64,000 nt of DNA from Pseudonocardiaceae bacterium. Its GTDB lineage: Bacteria; Actinomycetota; Actinomycetes; Mycobacteriales; Pseudonocardiaceae. Position numbers and translations under genes: made by a program. Each line of letters begins with the position of its first letter. Position 1 is the stretch's first letter. The notes beneath the pieces are model-generated. The model did no database searches. It was not told the DNA's origin and saw nothing but the letters and a program-made list of their open reading frames with translations. Location of the stretch: contig DATELN010000126.1 in assembly GCA_035276605.1 (NCBI GenBank), positions 641-64,640 of the forward strand, in the 5' to 3' direction. This document shows positions 39,737-49,590 of the stretch, piece after piece.

Positions 39737-42700
39737 ATGGCGCGCGTGAGGCGCCTTCCGTTTGTTGCTCGGGCCGGCGTCATGGCCGACGTGGGCGCGG
39801 CGCTAGACGCTGCCCGTCACGGACGCGGCACGTTATTGCTAGTGAGCGGGGAAGCGGGGATCGGCAAGACTCGGCTGGCGGAAGAGGCCGCGCGGCACGC
39901 CAATGGGTTCCAGGTGGTGTGGACTTGGTGCACGCCGGAAGGCACGTTGCGTCCGTGGTCCCGGGTTGTCCGGATGCTGGCCGGCGCGGATGCCGCCGCA
40001 GAGCGGGTCATCCAGCAGTCGGACTACCTCGCCGATCTGGTGGCCGAGCGGCCTGATACACCGCACCGGGACCCAGAGACGGCTCGGTGGCTGTTGTCGC
40101 TAGACCTCGCCGACTTGCTCGCCACCACGTCACGGCCCCTGCTGCTGGTGATCGACGACCTGCATGACGCCGACCCGTCGTCGCTGCAGCTGCTGGCGAA
40201 GCTGGCCCCGTCGCTGCGCTCTACGGCAGCGGTCGTGCTGGCCACCGCGCGCGACGGTGAACGCGACTGGCTCGGCCGGAGTGAGGTGTGGGCCACGCTG
40301 AACCGGCTCGGCGAGACGGTCCAGCTGTGGGCGTTCCAGGAAGCCGACATCGCGGCATTGCTGTCCCAGACGCTGCGTGGCCCCCACCCGCCGAGGCGGT
40401 TCGCACCATCGCCACCCGTACCCGGGGCCACCCGCTGCTGGTGTGCGAGCTGGTTAGGTCCCAGCCTGAACTCGCTGACCTGACGCATGCCGTGCCGGCG
40501 TCGATCCGGGCGATGGTCGGTGCCCGGTTGGACGGTTTGACTGCACTGGCCCGTCAGATACTGCCGATCGCTGCGGTGCTCGGTACCAGGTTCCGGCTCG
40601 ATGTACTCGCCAATGTCGCCGAGAGGCCCCTCGGTGAGCTCGGCGCGGCGGTGAGCGAGGCACGGGTAGCGGGCCTCCTCGATGACGCGGACCCCGGGGA
40701 GGGCCGCTTTCGCCACGAGCTGATCCGCGACGCCGTCTATGGAGCTCTGCCCGTCAATGAGCGCGCCAACCTGCATCGTCGGACCGCGACGGTGCTGGCC
40801 GCATTCGTGCATCGGGGACACGATGTCGAGGCCGGCCAGGTCGCCGATCACTTGCTGCGCGCCGGCCCGGCAGCTGCCCGAGAGGCCGCCGAGTTCGCCG
40901 GCCAGGCCGGCGAGGCGGCACTGCGGCGGTTCGCGTTCGAGGACGCGGTGCGCTGGTATGCCGTTGCCGACGCGAGCCTGGCATCGGCCGGCGCCAGTGA
41001 CGTGGACCGCGCGCAGACCAAGCTGACACTTGGCGAGGCTCGGCACGCCGCCGGCGACCGGGTAGGCGCGCGCTCCGACTTACTCCAGGCAGCTGACCGG
41101 GCCAGGCGGGCTGCGCGGCCGGATCTGCTGGCCCGGGCAGCCTTGGGCCTGGGCGCCGGACCGGTTGGGTTCGAGGTTGGGTTACTCGATCAGGACCAGG
41201 TCGTCCTGCTGGAGGAGGCGCGGGCCGCTTTACCAGTCGACCAAGCCGCGCTCATCGCGCTGGTCACGGCACGGCTGTCGGTCGCGCAGACCCTGCTGGA
41301 AAGTCCCGAGCACCGTCGTGACCTGGCTCAGGACGCCCTGCAGGCCGCCCGCCGCGCGGATGACGACCGCGCAGTGGCTGTCTCGCTAGCCGCGCTGTGC
41401 GACGCGCTGGCCGGCCCCGACCACTGCGGTCAGCGGCGGCAGTATGCGACCGAGATCATCACCCTGGCCCGCCGGCTGCGCGACCCGGCTCTGGAGTTGC
41501 TCGGCCGGCGACTGCGGGTGGTGGTGATGCTTGAGACCGGGGCAATTGTCGAGGCCGACGCCGAGATGTTGGCCTACCGGACCGTCGGGCAGGCGCTGCG
41601 TCATCCGCTGTACTTGTGGTACGTGCCGCTGTGGCGGGGAATGCGGGCGTTGCTGGAGCGCCGCTACGACGACTGCCGCTCCGCGCTGGACGAAACCGTA
41701 ACGCTGGGCACGCAGGCGGCCAGCGACAACGCTGCGATGCTGGCGGCAACCCAGCGCTGGTGCCTGCTCGCCGAGCTCGGCGACCAGCAGTCCCTGACGA
41801 CGATGCTGGCGCAGTTCGAGGCAATGCACCTGCCCGGTGTGTGGCCGCAGATCGCGCGCGGTTTGCTGCTCGCGCAGCTCGGGCGCATCGATGATGCGCG
41901 GGCGCAACTCGACGCGGCCGCGCCGCAGCTGCCCGCCGCCCCTCGCGACTCCGAGTGGTTGCCCTTGCTGGCTCAGGTCGCCGAGCTCATCGGGCTCATC
42001 GGCCCGCATCCGGCCGCAACCTGGGCCTATGCGGTGTTATCGCCCTACGCGGAGCTGTTCGTGGTGGAAGGAATCGGGGCGGCGGTGCGCGGCCCCGTGC
42101 ATCACTCACTGGGCGTACTCGCCGATTCGATGGGTGACAACACGGCCGCCGCGAAACACTTCGCCGCCGCCGACCGGGCAGCCAGCAGCGTCGGCGCTCC
42201 CCGACTCCTTGAGCGGACCACTGCCGAGCACGACGGCAACGTCTTTCGCCGCGATGGCGACTACTGGACCATCCGGCACCGCAGCGTCGAGTTCCGGCTG
42301 CGGGACAGCAAGGGGCTTCGCGACCTGCGGGAGCTGCTGTCTCGGCCGGGCACGGCGATCGCCGCCCTGGATTTGGCCACCTCGCTGGGCGCAGATCGCA
42401 CACCGCAGCGCCCCCTGGATGGGCTGCACCCGCCCTCGGACACCGGCGAGGCACTGGATGCGACCGCACGGGCGGCGTACCGGCAGCGCCTGCAGGAACT
42501 CGAACTCCAGGCCGACGACGCCGACACCATGGGTGATACCGAACGCAGCGCCCGGCTGGCCGCCGAACGCGACGCCCTGCTCACCGTGCTGACCACTGCC
42601 TACGGCCTCGGCGGTCGGGCCAGGCGAACGGGGTCAGCCGCCGAGCGGGCCCGGACCGCGGTGACCACCCGCATCCGCGACGCGATCCGCCGAATCGGCC

Positions 42701-42810
42701 AGGCCGATCCCGACCTCGGCGAGCACCTGTCCCGTTCAGTGCGCACCGGCACGTTCTGTGTCTACGACCCGGCTGCGCCGGTGCACTGGTCGGTGTCAGA
42801 CCCGAGCTGA
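39737..42810 (+). pseudogene. large P-loop ATPase / TPR-like regulator (MalT/AfsR-like ATPase core), split by a frameshift
   Basis: ORFs 39653..40483 and 40288..42810 are one gene (SGEAGIGKTRLAEE, LLLVIDDLHDAD, then ...TRGHPLLVCELV). The frame changes at the C5 run near 40378-40384. Confidence 0.7.
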
Positions 42811-42868
42811 CACTGTGCGGGGCGCTCTGACGCCTATGCGGTGACCCTATCTCTCTAAGGAGCCCGCT

Positions 42869-43264
42869 ATGCCCCGCACCAGCAAGGCCGATGCCCCTAT
42901 CGCCATCGACGAATCCGTGATCGAAGGCCGTTACGTCGAACTCGACGGCTACACCGTCGGCTTCGAGACCCACAAAGCTGACATGGATCCCGGCCCGTTG
43001 TTTGAAGGGCTGCCCGACAACCGCTGCCAGTGCCCGCACTGGGGCATCGTCGTCACCGGCCGGGTCATTTTCCGCTATGCCGACCATGACGAGGTCTTCC
43101 AGGCCGGTGACGCCTACTACGGCCGGCCGGGTCACCTGCCGCTGATCTTCGCAGGCACGGAGCTGATCGAGTTCAGCCCTACCGATGCGCTCAACGCCAC
43201 CATGGCCGTCATCGGCAAGAACCTTGAGGCCGCCAAGACCGTCGGCGTGAGCAACGGAGTGTGA
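42869..43264 (+). CDS. small cupin-like protein
   Basis: The 131-aa ORF has an AAGGAG RBS. The beta-rich sequence contains CPHWGIVVTGRV. The family call is weak. Confidence 0.5.
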   Translation: MPRTSKADAPIAIDESVIEGRYVELDGYTVGFETHKADMDPGPLFEGLPDNRCQCPHWGIVVTGRVIFRYADHDEVFQAGDAYYGRPGHLPLIFAGTELIEFSPTDALNATMAVIGKNLEAAKTVGVSNGV

Positions 43265-43268
43265 AGCC

Positions 43269-43658
43269 ATGGACACCGCTGTAATCGCTGATCTCAGTGC
43301 GAAGATGATTACCTTCCTGGAGACCGGCTGCGCGCCGGAGGGTTTGTTCCACCCCGACGCGTTGCTCGATGTCAGCGTGCCAACCTGGCGCGTCCAGGCC
43401 CGAGGCGTGGAAGACCTGATTCGGGTGCGTAAGGACAGTCACCCGTGGCTAGGCACGGTCACCGCCACTCGCCAAGACCCGATGCCGAACGGCTTTGTGC
43501 TCGAGGCCGAGGAGCGCTGGCAACACGACGGCCAGCACTGGTACTGCCGGGAAATGCTGCGGGCGGATGTCAGCGACGGCCGGATCGGGGCGCTTACCGT
43601 GTACTGCACCGGCGACTGGGACGAAGCCCGCCAGCAGGAATTCGTCCGGTCTATTTAG
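43269..43658 (+). CDS. NTF2/SnoaL-like fold protein
   Basis: The 129-aa ORF starts 4 nt after the previous gene. The family call is weak. Confidence 0.45.
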   Translation: MDTAVIADLSAKMITFLETGCAPEGLFHPDALLDVSVPTWRVQARGVEDLIRVRKDSHPWLGTVTATRQDPMPNGFVLEAEERWQHDGQHWYCREMLRADVSDGRIGALTVYCTGDWDEARQQEFVRSI

Positions 43659-44004
43659 GTTCCAAAACCCCGATTTGTCTCCATGTCAGGGGAAGTGCGT
43701 CAGGCAGCGCTCGGTAGTAAATCCAGGTCCCGCGGCGTGTCCCCTCGATCAGGCCGGCCTCGCGCAGCACCTTGAGGTGATGGCTGATGGTGGGGCTGGT
43801 CACCGAGAACCCGCTGGCAGTCAGCTCGCACACACATGCCTCGCCGCTGTGGTGGCTGGCAATCATGCTCAGCAGCCGCAGCCGCAGCCGCAGCCGGATC
43901 GGGTCGGCGAGGGCCTTGAACATCGCAGCTAGCCGCTCCGCTTCTTCGATCGGCAGCGGCTCGCGGAGCATCGGCGAGCAGCACCCTACGGGATATTTCG
44001 ACAT
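43651..44004 (-). CDS. ArsR/SmtB-family metal-sensing repressor
   Basis: ADPIRLRL...ACVCEL...SHHLKVLREAGL. Divergent from the CadI-like gene. Confidence 0.85.
   Translation of the reverse strand: MSKYPVGCCSPMLREPLPIEEAERLAAMFKALADPIRLRLRLRLLSMIASHHSGEACVCELTASGFSVTSPTISHHLKVLREAGLIEGTRRGTWIYYRALPDALPLTWRQIGVLEPK
43872..43895. repeat. hexanucleotide repeat (GCAGCC)x4 inside the ArsR gene
   Basis: It encodes RLRLRLRL where ArsR proteins normally have RLRL/RLRI. Confidence 0.9.
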
Positions 44005-44050
44005 AGCTCTATATTGGCAGTGTTCAAATTAAGGTTCGAGGGAGTGCGCG

Positions 44051-44470
44051 ATGTCCCGAGTACAGCTGGCGTTGCGGGTAGCCAACTTGGACCGCTCGAT
44101 CGAGTTCTACCGGAAGCTGTTCGCGGCCGAGCCGGCCAAACGACGCCCTGGCTACGCCAACTTCGCGATCACCGAGCCGCCGCTCAAGCTCGTGCTCATC
44201 GAAGGCGACCCGGACCAGGTCACCGTGATGGATCACCTCGGGATCGAAGTGGAGTCCAGCGAGCAGGTTCGCGCGGCCACTGCACGCCTGGATGGCGCGG
44301 ATCTCGACACGACGGTGGAGCACGCGACGACGTGTTGCTACGCCGTACAGGACAAGCTGTGGGTGCACGGGCCCGGCGCTGAGCCCTGGGAGGTGTACAC
44401 AGTGCTGTCCGACGCTCCCGGGACCGTCAGCATCCACCCTGAAACCGGCGACTGCCTGTGCGCGTCGTAG
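44051..44470 (+). CDS. CadI/ArsI-like glyoxalase-fold (VOC) protein
   Basis: MSRVQLALRVANLDRSIEFYRKLF..., TTCCYAVQDK. Confidence 0.8.
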   Translation: MSRVQLALRVANLDRSIEFYRKLFAAEPAKRRPGYANFAITEPPLKLVLIEGDPDQVTVMDHLGIEVESSEQVRAATARLDGADLDTTVEHATTCCYAVQDKLWVHGPGAEPWEVYTVLSDAPGTVSIHPETGDCLCAS

Positions 44471-44708
44471 ACGCGGGCAATTCGGCGTGACCGCTATCTG
44501 CCCGTGCCACGACCGCTGGCCGTCTCGCCTCCTGTCGGGCCGAGCCCAGCACCTGTATCAGCTCGTCGACCTTGGCGGGTTCCATGATCGCCTCCCAGGT
44601 GAAAGGCGGCACGATAGACATCCAAACATCTCCCCGATAGACCGTCACAACAACCGTGACAACCACACCCTCACGGCCTTTGACAACGACCCTTCGAGGA
44701 ACACTCAT
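44427..44708 (-). CDS. hypothetical small protein (doubtful)
   Basis: The ORF lies downstream of the XRE gene and its 3' end overlaps the CadI-like gene. No recognisable motif. Confidence 0.25.
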   Translation of the reverse strand: MSVPRRVVVKGREGVVVTVVVTVYRGDVWMSIVPPFTWEAIMEPAKVDELIQVLGSARQEARRPAVVARADSGHAELPASTTRTGSRRFQGGC

Positions 44709-44794
44709 TCTGCGCGACTTCTTTCTGCTTAGGCTATCGCGGCGAGGGTATGCAACGGGAGACGCCACGTTCCAGCCCTATGCGCGTCCTCGAA

Positions 44795-45646
44795 TTATTC
44801 GTTGCCTCGGAATGAGGCAGCCAGCGCCTGCAGAACACGTCTAGCCTCATCTGCCCACAGTGCGTGGACAGCGAAGAAATCAAAAAGCGCGCAGTAGAAA
44901 TCTATGTCCTTGGGATCGCGTAGCACGAGCCGGCCGGTGAACAGCTCGATGGTTACCAGGCGACGATCATAGGTGACAAAAGTATGGAACGCGCCATGAT
45001 GCACCTGCGTCGACAGTGGCAATACGCCAATGCGAATGTTTGACTGCCGCGACAACGACACGAGCCGATCGATTTGCACCGCCATGATCGACGGCTCACA
45101 CAGCTGCCATCGTATCGCCGACTCCGTCAGCAGGAACTCAAAGGTTTTGTTCTTATCGTACAGTATCGCTTGTCTTCCCAGCTTCAGCACCATCGCCTTG
45201 CCCACGTCACCTGCCGCCGGTTCAACAGGCGTACTCATGGCCGCCCGCATGTACTCAGGTATCTGAAGTAATCCTGTGACGAGGGTGGGCAAAAAGTGCC
45301 GCATCAGTGTGGCGTTGGCTTCCAGCACGGCCAACTCGCGCTGCCGGTGGTGGAGGCCTCGACGTACCGAAGCCCGCAGATCCTGATATTCAGCATTAGC
45401 AACGCGAGCGAGCGCCAGCAGTTCCCTCCGCGTCTCATCATCTACCTGAAGGGCAGTGAGTATTTGTTCCACGTCAACGACGCTGGGTATCAAACGGCCG
45501 GTCTCAATGCGGCTCACTTTGCTTTGACTCATGCCACAGCGCCGGGCCAACCGGTCACCAGACAGGCCCGAAGCTTTGCGCAGGTCATGCAGTGCGCTCG
45601 CCAAGTTCTGACGATCTCGTCCGGCATGTGCGGGGTCGAGTGTCAC
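44795..45646 (-). CDS. XRE-family HTH regulator with a long C-terminal domain (DUF5753-like)
   Basis: SGLSGDRLARRCGMSQSKVSRIETGR. Confidence 0.8.
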   Translation of the reverse strand: MTLDPAHAGRDRQNLASALHDLRKASGLSGDRLARRCGMSQSKVSRIETGRLIPSVVDVEQILTALQVDDETRRELLALARVANAEYQDLRASVRRGLHHRQRELAVLEANATLMRHFLPTLVTGLLQIPEYMRAAMSTPVEPAAGDVGKAMVLKLGRQAILYDKNKTFEFLLTESAIRWQLCEPSIMAVQIDRLVSLSRQSNIRIGVLPLSTQVHHGAFHTFVTYDRRLVTIELFTGRLVLRDPKDIDFYCALFDFFAVHALWADEARRVLQALAASFRGNE

Positions 45647-46161
45647 CAGCCTCGCTTCACCCAGTTCTTAAACGGCTCGGCATGGTCCAGAGCCAATCGC
45701 TTCCATGCTACGTAGGGAGCAGGGTCAACGTCCTCAAGGAGTTCACGCCCGACCTGGGTGCCGTCTGGGTCATAATCCATACGAACGACAGCGGTGTCAT
45801 CGAAGAGCCAAAAGTCTTGCGCGGGCAATCCTGGGTTGGGCCGGTCGGTGAGATCGAGGATGCGAACGTCCTCCCCGGCGTCCATGCCGCGGCAATAGCC
45901 CGCGAATTCATACCTTAAGTAATCGGTTAATGGCCTGCGGACGACATGCACCCGGCCAATCCAGCGACCGGTTCGCCGAAAATGACGAACCCGCACGAGC
46001 CAGGGATCGTCATCTAGAATATTCAGCTCGCCGGTTGCCAAAAATTCTTCAAATTCGGCCCGTTCCTTGGTTACGTTATAGCAAGGTAGCGTTTCAAGGC
46101 GGAATGCCTCTCGTTGACATGAGTCGAAAAATGTTCGCCAGGGGTCACCATCCAAGCGCAC
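45643..46161 (-). CDS. DUF6879-like protein
   Basis: FRLETLPCYNV...EFEEF. It shows the typical gene pairing with XRE/DUF5753 regulators in actinobacteria. The 4-nt overlap with the XRE start indicates coupling. Confidence 0.55.
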   Translation of the reverse strand: MRLDGDPWRTFFDSCQREAFRLETLPCYNVTKERAEFEEFLATGELNILDDDPWLVRVRHFRRTGRWIGRVHVVRRPLTDYLRYEFAGYCRGMDAGEDVRILDLTDRPNPGLPAQDFWLFDDTAVVRMDYDPDGTQVGRELLEDVDPAPYVAWKRLALDHAEPFKNWVKRGW

Positions 46162-46330
46162 AAGCCGCCTCCTTGAACACGGCTAACGGGATTTCGACGA
46201 CCGCCTCACCTGCCGGCGTATTTCTGTCCAGGAGGTAACCCTGGACAGCAACCGTGCCCTTGTCTGTCGTGAAGACAGCGGGGCAGTCGTCACTACGGCA
46301 ATCGTCACCGGCAACTCGCGTGAGCTCCAT
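46145..46330 (-). CDS. small 61-aa protein, first gene of the XRE operon
   Basis: The ATG at 46330 is preceded by GGGGAGGG. The sequence contains CPAVFTTDKGTVAVQGY. It overlaps the next gene by 17 nt. Confidence 0.45.
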   Translation of the reverse strand: MELTRVAGDDCRSDDCPAVFTTDKGTVAVQGYLLDRNTPAGEAVVEIPLAVFKEAACALGW

Positions 46331-46429
46331 ATCGCCCTCCCCTTTATGCAAGCACGCGACTTGACGCTAGGCAAGCAAACCCCCGGTCGTCAAGATGCAT
46401 GCACGTTGCCGCATAGACTCGACCCATCC

Positions 46430-46457
46430 CTTGACATGGAGACATCTCCATGTCAAG
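46430..46457. promoter_or_regulatory. 13-2-13 inverted repeat, candidate operator upstream of the XRE operon
   Basis: cttgacatggaga-ca-tctccatgtcaag. A second related repeat, CTTGACG-N24-CGTCAAG, overlaps a TTGACG-N18-TAGCGT promoter-like site at ~46365-46402. Confidence 0.5.
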
Positions 46458-46462
46458 AATTT

Positions 46463-48490
46463 TCAGGCGGAAAGGTGGCGCCAGAGGAACTCATAGGCCA
46501 GGGCTGACATGAAGGCGGCTTGCTCGTTGTCGGCCGCGCCGCCGTGACCGCCCTCGATGTTCTCGTAATAGGTGACGGGCAGGCCGTATTCGCGCATCCG
46601 GGCCACCAGCTTGCGGGCGTGACCAGGGTGCACCCGGTCGTCGCGAGTGGAGGTGGTCAGCAGCGTCGGCGGGTATCGACGGTCCGCGCGCAGCTGGTGG
46701 TACGGGGAGAAACGCAACAGGTGTTCGCGATCGGCCGGGTCGTCAGGATCGCCGTACTCGGCCATCCAGGAGGCACCGGCTAGCAGCACGTGGTAGCGCA
46801 GCATGTCCAGCAGCGGAACCGCCGCGACGATGGCACCGAATAGCTCCGGGTAATGCGTGAGCATCACGCCCATGAGCAACCCGCCGTTGCTGCCGCCCTC
46901 GGCACCAAGGCGAGCGGGTGTGGTGATGCCCCGAGCGACCAGGTCTCGGGCCACCGCAGCGAAGTCCTCATAAACCAGGTGGCGGTTGTGCTTGAGGGTG
47001 GCGGAATGCCAGCGCGGACCGTACTCCGCGCCACCGCGGATGTTCGCGCTGACGTAGCAACCCCCGCGGGCCAGCCAGCCGCGTCCCCGGCCACCGCGGT
47101 AGCCGGGCTGCAGGGAGACCTCGAAGCCGCCGTAGCCGTAGAGCAGGGTGGGCCAACCCCCGGCTGGCACGGCCGAATCGGGTGCCACCACGAAGTACGG
47201 GATTCGGGTGCCGTCATCGGAGACCGCGAAGTGCTGGTGCACCGCGAAACCGGCCGCGTCAAAAAAGGACGGTGCCTGCTTGAGCACCACAGCCGGGCCG
47301 TCACCAATGGTGCCGATCGCCAGGGTGGAGGGAGTCAGGAAACTGTCGACGTCAAGCAGGTACTCGTCGTCGATGTCCGCATCGGTGCCGTACGCGCTCG
47401 CGCTGGACAGCGGTGGGGTGCCGATCAGTGGCTCGGCGCGCCAGTCCTCGGCGGGTGTCAGCACCGACAGCTGGCTGACCACGTCGCGCATGACGTCGAG
47501 AATGAGGTGGTGGCGGGTCCAGCTGTAGCCCGACAGCGAGCTGTGCTCGTCGGGGGTGAACAGCACCCGCAATACCGCGCGGTCGGCGCCCCGATCCATG
47601 AACTCGTCGAAGTCGGCCACCAGCAGGCAACCCGCGGGATAGGTCTGCCCGACCGTCCAGTCGCTGCGCAGCTCAATGAGGAGCCACTGGCGGTGCGCGC
47701 CGACGATCGCGTCGTCAGGGACCTCGACGCGGCGCAGACCCCCCTCACAACGCTGGTACCACTCGCAGCGGTAAAACTCCAGCGCGCGCTGGACGAAGTC
47801 ACGCTCGAATCCCTCCGTGTCGTCGTGGTAAGCGGACACGCTGACGTCGTCGGGTTTGCCCTCGTAGACCAGTTGCGCCTCGGGCAACGGCGTGCCACGC
47901 CGCCACTGCCGGACGGTGCGCGGGTAACCGCTGGTGGTCAGCGTTCCTGGACCGAAGTCGGTGGCGACGTAGATGTGGTCGGCGTCGATCCAGTCCACCA
48001 CGGACTTCGCCTCGGGCAGCAGGAATCCGTCGGTGACGAACTCACGGCGTTCGATGTCGAATTCCCGCACTACCGATGCGTCCGCACCGCCGCGCGACAG
48101 GGATATCAGCGCTCGGCGGTAGTCCGGCCGCAAGCACTGGGCGCTCTGGAAGATCCAGTTCTCGTCCTCGTCGCGAGCCAGCGCGTCGACGTCGAGGAGG
48201 ATTTCCCAGTCCGGCGCGTCCTGGCGGTACTCCGCCAGAGTGGTGCGCCGCCACAAACCGCGCGGGTGCTCGCGATCCCGCCAGAAGTTGTATCGGTATT
48301 CCCCGCGCCGGGTGATGTACGGGATGCGATCGGTGGCGTCGAGGACCTCACGGATCTCGGCTCGCAACGCCTCGAACCGGTCTCCGCTGGCTAGCTGCGC
48401 AACGGTCTCGGCGTTGCGCTCCCGCACCCAGGACAGGGCGCGCTCGCCGGTCACGTCCTCCAGCCACCGGTACGGGTCATCAATGCTCAT
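46463..48490 (-). CDS. prolyl oligopeptidase (S9A) family serine peptidase
   Basis: DPYRWLED at the N-terminus and GGSNGGLLMG as the catalytic serine motif. Confidence 0.9.
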   Translation of the reverse strand: MSIDDPYRWLEDVTGERALSWVRERNAETVAQLASGDRFEALRAEIREVLDATDRIPYITRRGEYRYNFWRDREHPRGLWRRTTLAEYRQDAPDWEILLDVDALARDEDENWIFQSAQCLRPDYRRALISLSRGGADASVVREFDIERREFVTDGFLLPEAKSVVDWIDADHIYVATDFGPGTLTTSGYPRTVRQWRRGTPLPEAQLVYEGKPDDVSVSAYHDDTEGFERDFVQRALEFYRCEWYQRCEGGLRRVEVPDDAIVGAHRQWLLIELRSDWTVGQTYPAGCLLVADFDEFMDRGADRAVLRVLFTPDEHSSLSGYSWTRHHLILDVMRDVVSQLSVLTPAEDWRAEPLIGTPPLSSASAYGTDADIDDEYLLDVDSFLTPSTLAIGTIGDGPAVVLKQAPSFFDAAGFAVHQHFAVSDDGTRIPYFVVAPDSAVPAGGWPTLLYGYGGFEVSLQPGYRGGRGRGWLARGGCYVSANIRGGAEYGPRWHSATLKHNRHLVYEDFAAVARDLVARGITTPARLGAEGGSNGGLLMGVMLTHYPELFGAIVAAVPLLDMLRYHVLLAGASWMAEYGDPDDPADREHLLRFSPYHQLRADRRYPPTLLTTSTRDDRVHPGHARKLVARMREYGLPVTYYENIEGGHGGAADNEQAAFMSALAYEFLWRHLSA

Positions 48491-48495
48491 AGCGA

Positions 48496-49524
48496 TCAGT
48501 CTGCCTCGTCGGGAAATGCGGGAAGTACGTGGCGAGCGAACTGACGGATCTGTTGGCGCATCTCGGGGACCGTGTTACCCACGAACAGCAGCGCGGTGAG
48601 GTGATCCAGCCCGGCCCGCTGGTAGGCAGCGATCTTCTCGCAGACCTGATCGGGAGTGCCGACCAGGTTCATGTCCAAGTATGCGTCCAGGCCGACACCC
48701 TTGGTCATGGTGTTTTTCAGTGAGGTGCGAAACAGGTCGAACGAGGAGTTCAGAAAGGTCTCGCGGGCCCGCTGCGCAGTAGCGCCCAGGCAGACGACAG
48801 ACTGCAACGCGACGGCGATGCCGGCTGGGTCGCGGCCGACCGCGCGAGCATAACGGGCCAGCGTGGCCCGCCCTTCGCCCAGCCGGGTCGGGCCTATCTT
48901 CGCCGGCAGCCAGCCCTGGCACAGCTCGGCGGCGCGACGGATCGAGCCGTCCGCATTTCCGCCGGAGTAGATCGGCAGCGGCGCCTGCTGCGGCTTCGGG
49001 AAGCTCTCCACATCCTCGAAATGCACGTACTTGCCCCGGTAAGTGGCGCGAGGCTGGTCGAAAAGCGCACGGAGTGACTCGATCGTCTCGCGGGTCAACT
49101 CCGCCCGGTTGGCGCGGTTCAGGTCAGGGCGGACCGCCTCAAACTCATCACGGTAGCCGCCGACCGCGACGCCGAGCATCACCCGGCCGCCGCTGAGCCG
49201 GTCGAGCGTAGCCACCTGCTTGGCCAGCAGGACCGGCTCGCGCATCGGCACCACCATGATCCCAGTAGTCAGCCGCAACACCGAGGTCTTTGCCGCGATG
49301 TGCGCGAGGGTTATCAGCGGCTCGAAATAGTCCGGTGGAGTCGGCCACGCGTCGCGGACGAACCGCATGGTGCTGAGGTGATCGTTTCCACCGGCGTCGT
49401 AGTAGCCGAGTTGCTCGGCCTCCAGCGCGGTGTCCACCACCTCTGAGACAGTGGCGAACGGAACCGGATACATCATCCCGGATGTGCATGTCGGGATCTC
49501 GATGCCGACCTTCATCGAGGGCAC
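48496..49524 (-). CDS. luciferase-like (LLM class) F420-dependent oxidoreductase
   Basis: Overall LLM pattern, including ...GGRVMLGVAVGGYRDEFE.... Confidence 0.8.
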   Translation of the reverse strand: MPSMKVGIEIPTCTSGMMYPVPFATVSEVVDTALEAEQLGYYDAGGNDHLSTMRFVRDAWPTPPDYFEPLITLAHIAAKTSVLRLTTGIMVVPMREPVLLAKQVATLDRLSGGRVMLGVAVGGYRDEFEAVRPDLNRANRAELTRETIESLRALFDQPRATYRGKYVHFEDVESFPKPQQAPLPIYSGGNADGSIRRAAELCQGWLPAKIGPTRLGEGRATLARYARAVGRDPAGIAVALQSVVCLGATAQRARETFLNSSFDLFRTSLKNTMTKGVGLDAYLDMNLVGTPDQVCEKIAAYQRAGLDHLTALLFVGNTVPEMRQQIRQFARHVLPAFPDEAD

Positions 49525-49541
49525 CTTTCTGCGCGTAAACT

Positions 49542-49574
49542 GCTAACGCTACGATACGGTATCGTAGCGTTAGC
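49542..49574. promoter_or_regulatory. 16-1-16 perfect inverted repeat, candidate TetR operator
   Basis: gctaacgctacgatac-g-gtatcgtagcgttagc. It is centred in the 66-bp divergent spacer between the LLM gene and the TetR gene. Confidence 0.65.
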
Positions 49575-49590
49575 TACCCGAGGGACGGTA

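Noticed and set aside
39653-42810. Two separate genes (276 aa and 840 aa)
   Set aside because: The two ORFs overlap by ~200 nt and together reconstruct one ATPase-plus-repeat architecture across a C5 run. They are treated as a single frameshifted gene.
44005-44050. ArsR operator in the ArsR/CadI-like divergent spacer
   Set aside because: Only an imperfect repeat was seen (ATTTCGACA ... TGTTCAAAT, 7 of 9 matching), and it partly lies inside the ArsR coding start. That is too weak to annotate.
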